NCBI GenBank assembly: GCA_963738405.1
Contig: CAVTWJ010000014.1
Span: 1-64,000, forward strand
DNA: 64,000 nucleotides
Direction of reading: 5' to 3'
Origin: a candidate division FCPU426 bacterium
GTDB lineage: Bacteria; Oederibacteriota; Muellerivitia; Muellerivitales; Muellerivitaceae
In this document: in pieces, positions 20,415-29,274 of the stretch
How positions within the stretch are numbered: the first letter of the stretch is position 1
Layout of the letters: the number at the start of each line of letters is the position of its first letter
Notes under the pieces: model-generated
What the model saw: only the letters and a program-made list of their open reading frames with translations
Databases searched by the model: none
What the model was told of the DNA's origin: nothing
Made by a program: the position numbers and the translations under genes

Positions 20415-21500
20415 ATGTCCCGTTACTTGCAGATTTTATTTTTAGTTTTACTACTGGGCTTTCCGGCTTTGGGTTTAACCCAAACCCGCTCCATCATTTC
20501 CAACCTGGCCAATCCGGCCATTGGAATGAGCGCCCTTTTCCTGGCCCAGGCCGCCCCCAACCTGACCCTTCCCGGCTCCACCGGACCTTCGTTCCAAGAG
20601 GCCGAAATCAGCGTGATTTCCACCGTGGACCCGCTCTGGACGCTGGCGGGCAACTTTACTTTCGACGCCGGATCGGGCGTGGCGGAAGAGGCTTACGCCA
20701 CCACCGACGCCCTACCGGATGTCACCTTCAAGGTGGGGGAGTTTCGGGCCTTCTTCGGAAAACACGGCACCCTGCACACCCACGCCTTCCCCTTCATTCA
20801 GGCGCCGCTCATCATGTCGAACACCGTAGGTGAGGAAGGGTTCAAGAACGCAGGATTGGAGGCGGCCTGGATGACGCCGCTTCCCTGGTACTGTGAGCTG
20901 ACCCTGGGCGCTTACCGCCCGGTTGAGGCCACACCCGATCACCCGCTTGATTTCAACGCCGGCTCCCAAGACAACATCCCCTACCTGGCCCACTTGAAAA
21001 ACCTTTTCGACGTGGATGACGACACCACCCTGGAACTGGGCGGTTCAGACCTGACGGGCTACGGGGATGACGGCCTTCACCACGCGGTTTATGGGGGGGA
21101 CTTAACTATTCGCAATGTCCCCTTGCGGGAGTCGAACCAGCATGGTTGGATTTTGCAGGGGGAGTACCTCAAAAAGGTTTCCTATGGAACCGGCATCTAC
21201 AATCAGGAATCGGACGGGTGGTACGCTTCCTTCCAAAACCGCTGGGGGCAAGAATGGTGGTCCGGCATTCGGGTGGAAGAGGCTTTCAACAGCGTTTCCG
21301 ACCTATCCGACAACCCGACGGACACTTCCCTTTCCGGGCACGTCCAAAGGGCATCGGTGAATGTGGCCTGGCTGCCTTCGGAATTTTCAGAAATGAAACT
21401 CGAATACGGGATCGCGAAGGATGACGCGGGGGCGGTGGATAACCGGGTGATGCTCCAGTTCAATTACATCATTGGCTTTCACCCGCCGCACGCTTATTGA
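20415..21500 (+). CDS. Putative outer-membrane beta-barrel of a metal-uptake operon
   Basis: Signal peptide, EEAY, FGKHGTLHTHAFPF, alternating beta-strand pattern, His-containing tail IGFHPPHAY. Confidence 0.72.
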   Translation: MSRYLQILFLVLLLGFPALGLTQTRSIISNLANPAIGMSALFLAQAAPNLTLPGSTGPSFQEAEISVISTVDPLWTLAGNFTFDAGSGVAEEAYATTDALPDVTFKVGEFRAFFGKHGTLHTHAFPFIQAPLIMSNTVGEEGFKNAGLEAAWMTPLPWYCELTLGAYRPVEATPDHPLDFNAGSQDNIPYLAHLKNLFDVDDDTTLELGGSDLTGYGDDGLHHAVYGGDLTIRNVPLRESNQHGWILQGEYLKKVSYGTGIYNQESDGWYASFQNRWGQEWWSGIRVEEAFNSVSDLSDNPTDTSLSGHVQRASVNVAWLPSEFSEMKLEYGIAKDDAGAVDNRVMLQFNYIIGFHPPHAY

Positions 21501-21526
21501 TCGTCAAAAAAACTAAAGGAGAAAAC

Positions 21527-22441
21527 ATGAAAACATTTAAACAGTTGGTTTTCGCGGTTTTAATGGCGGTTCTCGCCGTCCCGGCCTTCGCCGATTTAAA
21601 AGTAGCCACCTCCCTCTCGGACCTAGCCTCCGTGGCCCAGTTTGTGGGGGGCAAGCACGTCACGGCCATCAGCCTTTGTAAAGGCTTTGAGGACCCGCAT
21701 TTCGTGCCAGCCAAACCCAGCCTAATGAAGGCCATCCAGAACGCGGACGTATTCGTGTCTGTGGGGCTGGAACTGGACGGAGGCTGGCTGCCCCTAGTGA
21801 TTCCGGGGAGCCGTAACCCCAAGATCCAGCCGGGCGCCAAGGGTTTCGTGGACGCATCAGAAGGAGTGGAGGTGCTGGATAAGCCGATCGGCACCGTCAG
21901 CCGCGCCGAGGGAGATATCCATCCCCTTGGCAACCCCCACTATTACTCCGATCCCCTCAACCTGGTGGTAGTGGCGGATCACTTGACTCAGGTGTTCTCA
22001 GACTTGGACCCGGCCAACGCCGCCGATTACGCGGCCAACACCAAGGATTTCGACGCGAAGATGCAAAAAGCGGTCAAGGGTTGGACGGCCCAACTGGAGC
22101 CCTATAAGGGAATGTCCCTGGTAACCTTCCATGAGAACTTCAAATATTTTACAAACCGCTTCGGCCTGAAAGTCTTCGGCACGGTGGAACCCAAACCCGG
22201 AATCCCGCCCAGCCCCCGGTATTTGGCCGAAACTTCCGACGCGATGAAACAGGCCGGGGTAAAGGTTGTGACCTACCAGCCCTATTACGACGCGGACGCC
22301 TCGCAGCAGCTGGCCAAGCTGGCGGGCGGCACGGCCTTGGAAATCCCCAACGAGGTGGGCGGGGTGCCCGAAGCCAAGGATGTTTTCTCCAAGTTCGACT
22401 ATATCGTGTCGAGCCTGGCAAAAGCTTTATCCCAAAAGTGA
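21527..22441 (+). CDS. Zn/Mn ABC transporter substrate-binding protein (ZnuA/TroA cluster)
   Basis: DPHF, GDIHPLGNPHYYSDP, TFHENFKYF, EPKPGIPPSP. Confidence 0.92.
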   Translation: MKTFKQLVFAVLMAVLAVPAFADLKVATSLSDLASVAQFVGGKHVTAISLCKGFEDPHFVPAKPSLMKAIQNADVFVSVGLELDGGWLPLVIPGSRNPKIQPGAKGFVDASEGVEVLDKPIGTVSRAEGDIHPLGNPHYYSDPLNLVVVADHLTQVFSDLDPANAADYAANTKDFDAKMQKAVKGWTAQLEPYKGMSLVTFHENFKYFTNRFGLKVFGTVEPKPGIPPSPRYLAETSDAMKQAGVKVVTYQPYYDADASQQLAKLAGGTALEIPNEVGGVPEAKDVFSKFDYIVSSLAKALSQK

Positions 22442-22448
22442 GGTGACC

Positions 22449-23273
22449 ATGTCCTCTTTCTTTCAAGTGATGGCATTGCCGATGCTGGCCTGCCTGCTGT
22501 TGGTGTTGATCCTCCCCTCTTTGGGCCAGCATGTGCTGGCCCGGGGGGTCATCTTCGTCGATTTGGCACTGGCCCAGATCGCGGCCCTGGGGCAAAGCGT
22601 GGCCTTTTTGCGAGGCGCCGAACCGCATGATCCAGCTACCTACTACTGGTCCTTCGGTTTCACCCTGCTGGGGGCGGCCCTCTTTAGCTTTTTGTGGGAC
22701 CGCAACCACTCGGTGCTGCAGGAAGCCTTTATCGGAATCGCCTTCGCCTTCGCGACGGCGACCTCCCTCCTGCTTTTAGCCAACTCGCCCCACGGGGCGG
22801 AACACGTGCAGGGAACCTTGAGCGGCGAGGCGTTGGGGTGGGTCACTTGGCGCGACATCAGCGTCATGGCGGTCTTTTACGCCTTCGTGGGCGGTTTCCT
22901 TTTTTGGAAACACAAGACCCTGATGCTTTGTTCCAGCGATCCCAAGGGAGCCGCCCGACAGGGCCTTTCCTTGAAATTTTGGGACTTCCTTTTTTATATG
23001 GCCTTCGGCCTGGTCGTGACCGACGCGGTTCGGGTAGCCGGGGTTTTGGCGGTCTTTTCGTTTCTAATTGTTCCCATTGTCTGCGCCAACTTGATGGGGC
23101 ATAAGGCCCACCACCGGATCTTTTGGGCCTGGGGAATTGGCCTGGTCATCTCGATTTTGGGATCAGGGCTTTCCTACGCCAAGGATTGGCCCATGGGAGC
23201 GACGGTCGTTTGCATGTTCGGGCTGGCGGTGATCGTGATTTCCATCGCCACGAGAATGAAAAACGCGGATTAG
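22449..23273 (+). CDS. Metal ABC-3 permease (ZnuB/MntB-like)
   Basis: RGVIFVDLALAQIAALG, EAFIG, AGVLAVFSFLIVP, DWPMGATVV. Confidence 0.9.
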   Translation: MSSFFQVMALPMLACLLLVLILPSLGQHVLARGVIFVDLALAQIAALGQSVAFLRGAEPHDPATYYWSFGFTLLGAALFSFLWDRNHSVLQEAFIGIAFAFATATSLLLLANSPHGAEHVQGTLSGEALGWVTWRDISVMAVFYAFVGGFLFWKHKTLMLCSSDPKGAARQGLSLKFWDFLFYMAFGLVVTDAVRVAGVLAVFSFLIVPIVCANLMGHKAHHRIFWAWGIGLVISILGSGLSYAKDWPMGATVVCMFGLAVIVISIATRMKNAD

Positions 23274-23293
23274 ACGTCTATCCGCGCAGAAAT

Positions 23294-23330
23294 AAAAAAA
23301 GCCGCTCCCTTAAAAAGGGGCGGCTTTTTT
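23294..23330. terminator. Bidirectional intrinsic terminator
   Basis: A7-GCCGCTCCCT-TAAAA-AGGGGCGGC-T6 between convergent genes. Confidence 0.85.
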
Positions 23331-23344
23331 ACTTTTTAGTGATA

Positions 23345-23599
23345 TTACGAAACGATAGAACTTGGGGGTTCGGTAGGCTTTGTCTCTGCGGAGGCCATAG
23401 GAGCCTGAACCTGTGCCTGGGGAGCAGGCTGAGAAGGCGCCGGGGGAGTGGAACTGGTTTCCCCATTGGCGGCCTTCTTAAATTCGCGTATGGCTTCACC
23501 CATAGCCCTGGCCAAATCAGGAAGCTTTTGAGGTCCAAAAAGAAGCATTGCCACAATAAACAAAAGTAGTAATTCTCCGAAACGTCCACCCATGTCCAA
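23345..23599 (-). CDS. tatA: Twin-arginine translocase TatA
   Basis: ELLLLFIVAMLLFGPQKLPDLARAMGEAIREFKKA. Confidence 0.93.
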   Translation of the reverse strand: MDMGGRFGELLLLFIVAMLLFGPQKLPDLARAMGEAIREFKKAANGETSSTPPAPSQPAPQAQVQAPMASAETKPTEPPSSIVS

Positions 23600-23789
23600 C
23601 TCCTCAACAAATTTTCATTTTTTTAAAAAACCAGAGGGGTAAGGATAAGCTATCCCTTTCCACACCTTTAGAATGCTTGTTCTTTTCCTCTTTTTCAATA
23701 CCTTTTCAATATGCCGAGAATATGGAATATGAGGAATCGAGTCAGGTCGGAACATTTACATCACTTGTGAATGACAATATGATGAATTT

Positions 23790-26009
23790 GTGCGCTTTAT
23801 AAGAGAAACCGACACGCCTTCGAAGACCTCTTTTTTATTTTATCTGTTCGTTTCATTTGTCGCTTTCTTTCCCTGCCTGGTCCTTGGCCAGGCCTATTTT
23901 GACGGCGATCTTTTTATTCTCTTCTCGATCTACCGAACCTTCCTAAAAACCGCCCTTATCCAGGGCACCATTCCCCTTTGGAACCCCTATGTGTTCGCGG
24001 GACAGCCCTTTTTCGCCGATCCCAACACCATGTCGGCCTATCCCCTTCTCTATCCATTCTTAATCTTTCCGATCGGTTTGGGCTTCGGTCTTTTTTATTT
24101 TTCCCATCTTTTCTGGGCAATGGCCGGGATGCACGAATGGCTCAAACGCCTGGGCCTTTCTCAACCGGCCTGCGGGGTCGGCGCCTTGACCTTCGCCTTT
24201 TCCGGAATGTTCTGGGCCGAATTGGCTCACACCCCCGTTTTCACCGCCTTTGCCTGGCTGCCATGGTTTCTCGGATACCTGGAAAAATATTTTCAAACAG
24301 GATCCCGCTGGCACGCGGGCCTTTCCGGGTTTACCCTCGCCGTGATTTTTCTGGCCGGCAGTCCCTGGCTCTTTGTCGGAGTGGTGGGCCTGGGAACGGC
24401 TTACGGGCTCTTCAGGACAATCGAGAAAAAGAGTCCAGGAAATTTTTCAATCTTCATTTTCCCTTTTGTCTGGGGAGTCCTGCCAGCCCTTCTCCTGGCC
24501 TTTCCCTTCATTGATTTCATGCGGTTTTCCGACCGGGTCGTGGGCGTTCCCGACTATTTGAGTTATACGGGTTATTCCATCCGGCCTTCGGAACTTTACC
24601 GGCTTGTCTTCCCGATCCGTCCCATAGACCCGGCCGCCTGGACCCCCCGGCCTGAACTCGACACCTTTACAACAGAGGCTCTTCTAGGACTCTGGACGCC
24701 ATTCCTGGCCTTTTCCGCATGGAGAAGCAAAGAACGTTGGTCCCTGAAAGGGTTTCTCCTTTCGATATGCTTACTGTCGATTCTGGTGTGTTTCGGAAAA
24801 TACTTCCCGCTTCATCCTTGGTTGTTCCAACACATCCCGGGATTTCAATGGCTCAGGGGGCCCTTTCACTTTCGTTTCATTTATCAAATCGGGGCCTGCG
24901 GCCTGACCGCCATGGGTATTGAAACCTTCCTCCGGAAACGCCATCCTTCCGATATCCGCCAAAACTTTTGGCCCTGGCTGATCGGTTATATGGTCTTGGT
25001 ACTTTTGGGTTCATATTTTTTCGACTGGGATGAAAAAAAGATTTTACTTCTATTTGTTTCCACGGGAGTGGGACTAGGATTGTATGCCGGTAAGGATTCC
25101 ACCCAAAGATCGGGGCTATGGCTCTTTACCCTTTCTCTTATCATGCTATTGATGTGGGAAGGATGGTCCTTCAGTTCCTCCCGATGGGGACCCGTCAGCA
25201 ATCTGGATTTTAAAAAGGAAGCGCCCCTCTTTGCGGCCCTTCATCACGAAACCGGGGACCGGCGTTTTTTTCTCGGCGACCATATTCCCTGTCCTGTCCA
25301 GGTGGGCGGGCGTTCTTTTGAGCCCGATCTTCCCGCTAATGTTTCTTCCGTTTTTCAGATGAAAAATGCGGGAGGATCCAACGCCCTTTCCCTTGCCGCC
25401 CGGGGCGATCTTTTCACCACCTCGTTCCAGACCTTCCAACGGCTGATGGCCATCCAGGCTTTTGCCACAGGCAATGAGAGGGGTGACGTTCCGGGTTTTA
25501 TCCGGAAATCCCTCGGACCGGTCAACCTTTACACCGCGAAGGAATTCCATCCCATGGTCTATGCCCCACGTCATTGGTCAGTCGTAACCGACTCCAACCA
25601 GCGGCTGATCCAAATGCGGAATAAGGGGTTCAACCCCTATGAAATATCCATCGTCGACGAAACCTCCCTTAGGCAAGAGGCCGGGAAATCTCCCAGCTCT
25701 TTGAAATCTTCAACCCTGGTCCAAGAAACGGTGGATCGGCAGGAATACCAAATTCGATTAACAACACCGGGGCTGGTGGTTTTTTCAGAAGCGAACTTTC
25801 CAGGATGGCGGGCCTTCCAGGATGGCGTCGCGATTCCCATTTACACCACCAACCATCTTTACCGGGGTGCTTTCTTGAGCCAGGGCAAACATCAAATTTC
25901 GTTTAAATTCGATCCTATCTGCGTGCGGCTTTCCTTGTTCGTGATTCTCTCTTGGCTAGCGTCCAGCCTTTTACTCGGGCTTTTCCGGTTCCGCTCAAAA
26001 AACCCCTAA
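23790..26009 (+). CDS. YfhO-family polytopic membrane protein (GT-C-like)
   Basis: PLWNPYVFAGQPFFAD, many TM segments, C-terminal FSEANFPGWRA..DG..G.H.I.FKF.P. Confidence 0.85.
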   Translation: MRFIRETDTPSKTSFLFYLFVSFVAFFPCLVLGQAYFDGDLFILFSIYRTFLKTALIQGTIPLWNPYVFAGQPFFADPNTMSAYPLLYPFLIFPIGLGFGLFYFSHLFWAMAGMHEWLKRLGLSQPACGVGALTFAFSGMFWAELAHTPVFTAFAWLPWFLGYLEKYFQTGSRWHAGLSGFTLAVIFLAGSPWLFVGVVGLGTAYGLFRTIEKKSPGNFSIFIFPFVWGVLPALLLAFPFIDFMRFSDRVVGVPDYLSYTGYSIRPSELYRLVFPIRPIDPAAWTPRPELDTFTTEALLGLWTPFLAFSAWRSKERWSLKGFLLSICLLSILVCFGKYFPLHPWLFQHIPGFQWLRGPFHFRFIYQIGACGLTAMGIETFLRKRHPSDIRQNFWPWLIGYMVLVLLGSYFFDWDEKKILLLFVSTGVGLGLYAGKDSTQRSGLWLFTLSLIMLLMWEGWSFSSSRWGPVSNLDFKKEAPLFAALHHETGDRRFFLGDHIPCPVQVGGRSFEPDLPANVSSVFQMKNAGGSNALSLAARGDLFTTSFQTFQRLMAIQAFATGNERGDVPGFIRKSLGPVNLYTAKEFHPMVYAPRHWSVVTDSNQRLIQMRNKGFNPYEISIVDETSLRQEAGKSPSSLKSSTLVQETVDRQEYQIRLTTPGLVVFSEANFPGWRAFQDGVAIPIYTTNHLYRGAFLSQGKHQISFKFDPICVRLSLFVILSWLASSLLLGLFRFRSKNP

Positions 26010-26021
26010 GACTGGGGTTTT
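25997..26021. terminator. Probable bidirectional terminator
   Basis: AAAACCCC-TAAGACT-GGGGTTTT between convergent genes. Confidence 0.5.
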
Positions 26022-26029
26022 CCGCTTTT

Positions 26030-27673
26030 TCACTTTTGAGACACCATTTGGTAAACATCAAAATAGCCGTGAAAGACCAGCTTTCGGGTCACTTTCAATT
26101 CGGCCCGTTTCAAGTAATAGTCCTCCAGAGAATGACCAGGGTCGCTGAGGAACCAAAAAACATCCGGCCGATTTACCGTATCGGCGAGGAAGTTGTGAAT
26201 GCGAAACTGGTTTAAACGCCCCTCACCGTAAGGGGTTCTTTCCATCCAGGACATCCAGAAAAACCTGAAATTCTTCAAGCTGTCATCCGATTGAAAAATA
26301 GGAAAACCTGCGAAGGGAAAAGAGGGGCCCCAAACGATGAAAAGCTGGTCCTTCCGGGGGGAAAGCGACTTCATGGAGTCAAGAATCGCCTGCCGCATTT
26401 GAGGCCCCGTTTGATTGATGGAATAATCCTCCATAACGGCTCGAACGGAGCCCCAGCCCAATAAAAAAGCCAGGACGAGCACAAGCAATCGGCCCGGTGA
26501 TTCCCTTTTCCCGCCGAGAAACTCCGCCGGCAAAAGGAAAAGCATCACCATGTCCGCGAATAATACCTGCGGCCAAAACACCCTCGCGACAATCTTATTG
26601 AATGAAATCAGAAGTACAACCAATACCGCAACCCATAAAACAGGAACCCAAGCAGGCCTCCTTCCTAAGGAGGTGAGCGCCACACCGATTGCGAATGCCC
26701 CAAAAACAAATTGAACAATACCATTTTTCAACAACTCACCTAGCAAGTCCCATTTGACGCCGTAATCTGTTTTTAGACGGCTATCCAATTTCCGAAGATT
26801 CTCCAAATCAAAAAGAGGACCCGCGTAAAAGGTCTCTACGAACATTCGATAGTCTTCCGGGCCCCATCCCACGGATTGGAAAGCGGGTTCCTGTCGGCCG
26901 TAATCCGTGATCTTGATTTCGCCGATGGAGAAGCGTTTTTCGTAATATTCCCTGGCCTCTCCCCAGCCCGAATGGGTGGAAACATAAGTCCGATCGAAAA
27001 GAACGCCCAAAAAAATGATAAAGACCGCCCCCGAAAGAACACTTAAAACTTTGAGTTTCCTTTCTTTTTCCCGTTCCATCTTTATGGAATAAATCAAATA
27101 AACGGTCCCGGCGCCGATGGAAAACAACGCGGGTTCCAATCGAATCAGTGAGGCCGCCAACAGGAGAAAACATGCCAAGCCATCAGCAAAGAAACGCGGT
27201 CGGAAGGAATTTGCCAGTATAAAGACACCCGTCTGAGCAGCGGCAAAGCAAAAGACTGTGTACTGGGGCCAGGCGTAGCAATGAAAGAAAAGGGGTGTGC
27301 CCATAAGAATAAAAAAAATAACTGTCCAGGGGGATCTTTCGCGTGAAAGAAAGGCCGCCAGCAGACCCCAAACGGAAAGGAAAAATAACGCGAAGAGCCC
27401 CAATCCGAACCAGGGTACGTGAGGCCAAGCAAGATTCAGGTTTTTTAGCAAGAGCCCCAGGAGTACGTTCACGACCATCAGGAACTCCGAGGGATGGTCT
27501 ACCAGCCCCACCCCCCGGGTGATCCAATTCATCACCATGTCATCGTTGCTTTGGAAAAAGGGCGTGAAAAATAGCCATCCCAAGAAAAAATAAAAACCGG
27601 TAATGGCAAAAGAAGCCAAAACCGGACGGCGAAACAGGAAATGAAAACTCAAACAGAACGCTTTATCTGGCAT
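26030..27673 (-). CDS. Polytopic membrane protein, GT-C-like
   Basis: FQSNDD acidic motif after TM1, about 10 TM segments, LIR motif. Confidence 0.65.
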   Translation of the reverse strand: MPDKAFCLSFHFLFRRPVLASFAITGFYFFLGWLFFTPFFQSNDDMVMNWITRGVGLVDHPSEFLMVVNVLLGLLLKNLNLAWPHVPWFGLGLFALFFLSVWGLLAAFLSRERSPWTVIFFILMGTPLFFHCYAWPQYTVFCFAAAQTGVFILANSFRPRFFADGLACFLLLAASLIRLEPALFSIGAGTVYLIYSIKMEREKERKLKVLSVLSGAVFIIFLGVLFDRTYVSTHSGWGEAREYYEKRFSIGEIKITDYGRQEPAFQSVGWGPEDYRMFVETFYAGPLFDLENLRKLDSRLKTDYGVKWDLLGELLKNGIVQFVFGAFAIGVALTSLGRRPAWVPVLWVAVLVVLLISFNKIVARVFWPQVLFADMVMLFLLPAEFLGGKRESPGRLLVLVLAFLLGWGSVRAVMEDYSINQTGPQMRQAILDSMKSLSPRKDQLFIVWGPSFPFAGFPIFQSDDSLKNFRFFWMSWMERTPYGEGRLNQFRIHNFLADTVNRPDVFWFLSDPGHSLEDYYLKRAELKVTRKLVFHGYFDVYQMVSQK

Positions 27674-27782
27674 TGGGAAATTATAACCGTGGGCACATCA
27701 AAAGCGTTACTTCACGAGAAATCACGCATAAAGGGGCATGCCAGTCTATTTTCTTTCCCTTCCAATTATGGGAAATTAGAAC

Positions 27783-29261
27783 ATGATTAAAATTTCCAGG
27801 ATAAGGACTCGAATCAAATTCAGTTTCCTGCTGGGGCTTGTCTTTTTTCTTCCCTATCCCTCCTTACCCCATGAACTGGCCGGTACTTGGCAGGGAATTT
27901 TAAATCTCGGGCTGGTCAAATTCCGCGCGGCCTTGGTAATAAAAGATAGTCTCCAACATGAACCAGAAGTCTTTTTCAATAACATCGACGACGGTCTTTA
28001 TGACGAACCCGCAAGCCTTCTTTCTACCAGCTCCCAGGGAATCAAAGTGCGGTTGGAAAAGGGACAAACCCTCTCGCTTCACTTAAATGCCGGAAAAAAA
28101 CTCCTGGAAGGCTCCTATCTGCAGGCCCAGGGAAATTTCGAAACGGATGGGCAATCCGTTCCTTTAACTCTGGAAGCGGGGAAGGATTACCTTTTTCCGA
28201 GGTTTGATCCTAATGGCCAACCCATCACAACTTACCAATTCCGGCCCCCACAAAATCTGGATGATGGCTTAAAAATAGGAATATTGCCCTCCAAGGGCCT
28301 ATTGGGGGTCGAATCTGGTATCCACAAGATACTTGATGGCTCCTTCCCCCACATCCACGGGCTCTTGGTTGCTCAAGGGGATCAGTTATTAGTGGATGAA
28401 ACTTTTTATGGCTACAAACCCCAAGACCCCCACCCGGTTCAATCAATCACCAAGTCGGTCTTTTCTCTGTTATTCGGCATAGCCCAAGACAAGCATCTTC
28501 TTCAAATAAACCAGAAACTTTATGACTTTTTTCCCCAATACCGTTCCCAAAAAAATTGGGACCCCCGGAAGAACCAAATCACCTTGGGGAATCTTCTCAC
28601 CATGTCATCGGGGTTGGATTGTTTCGATTGGAAGGATGCCCAAGCTTGTTCCTGGGGTATGGTGCGGTCGGAGGATTGGTTGGATTACTCCCTTTCCAAA
28701 CCCTTGATTCAGGACCCCGGCTCCCGTTTTGGCTATTGCGGAGCCTGCCTCCTTCCTCTTTCCGTGATTCTGGAGAGGGTGAACGGGATGACAGTGCCCC
28801 AGTTCGCCCAACAGAATCTTTTTGACCCCTTGGGCATCCACTCCGCAAAGTGGGTTCAGGCCCCTTCAGCCGGAACCACGGTTGTTCCGGTTTCCTTTGC
28901 TCTTTCCCTTTCACCCCGCGACTTGGCCAAAATCGGGCTGCTTGTTTTAAACAAGGGTAAATGGGATGGGAAACAAATTGTTTCAGAGGATTGGATAAGG
29001 GAATCCACTTCCCAAAAAATCCCAAAGGATCAAACCAACAAAAAATACGATTACGGTTATTTATGGTGGAAAACAGAATTTAAAGTGAGGCAGAAAAACG
29101 CTTCTGTGATTATGGGTTGGGGCGTCGGCGGGAATTTTCTTTTTATAGCTCCAGAAAAGAATATCATTTGCGTCATTACGGCCGGAAATTACAACCAGCC
29201 TCAAGAGGCCAATAACTCTTTAAAGCTTTTTCAAGAGGATATTCTTCCAGCCTTTTATTGA
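27783..29261 (+). CDS. Serine hydrolase, beta-lactamase class C-like, with extra N-terminal domain
   Basis: QSITKS (SxxK), LLTMSSG, PGSRFGY, LFDPLGI, YGYLWW, GVGGN. Confidence 0.9.
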   Translation: MIKISRIRTRIKFSFLLGLVFFLPYPSLPHELAGTWQGILNLGLVKFRAALVIKDSLQHEPEVFFNNIDDGLYDEPASLLSTSSQGIKVRLEKGQTLSLHLNAGKKLLEGSYLQAQGNFETDGQSVPLTLEAGKDYLFPRFDPNGQPITTYQFRPPQNLDDGLKIGILPSKGLLGVESGIHKILDGSFPHIHGLLVAQGDQLLVDETFYGYKPQDPHPVQSITKSVFSLLFGIAQDKHLLQINQKLYDFFPQYRSQKNWDPRKNQITLGNLLTMSSGLDCFDWKDAQACSWGMVRSEDWLDYSLSKPLIQDPGSRFGYCGACLLPLSVILERVNGMTVPQFAQQNLFDPLGIHSAKWVQAPSAGTTVVPVSFALSLSPRDLAKIGLLVLNKGKWDGKQIVSEDWIRESTSQKIPKDQTNKKYDYGYLWWKTEFKVRQKNASVIMGWGVGGNFLFIAPEKNIICVITAGNYNQPQEANNSLKLFQEDILPAFY

Positions 29262-29274
29262 AATCGGGATACCT

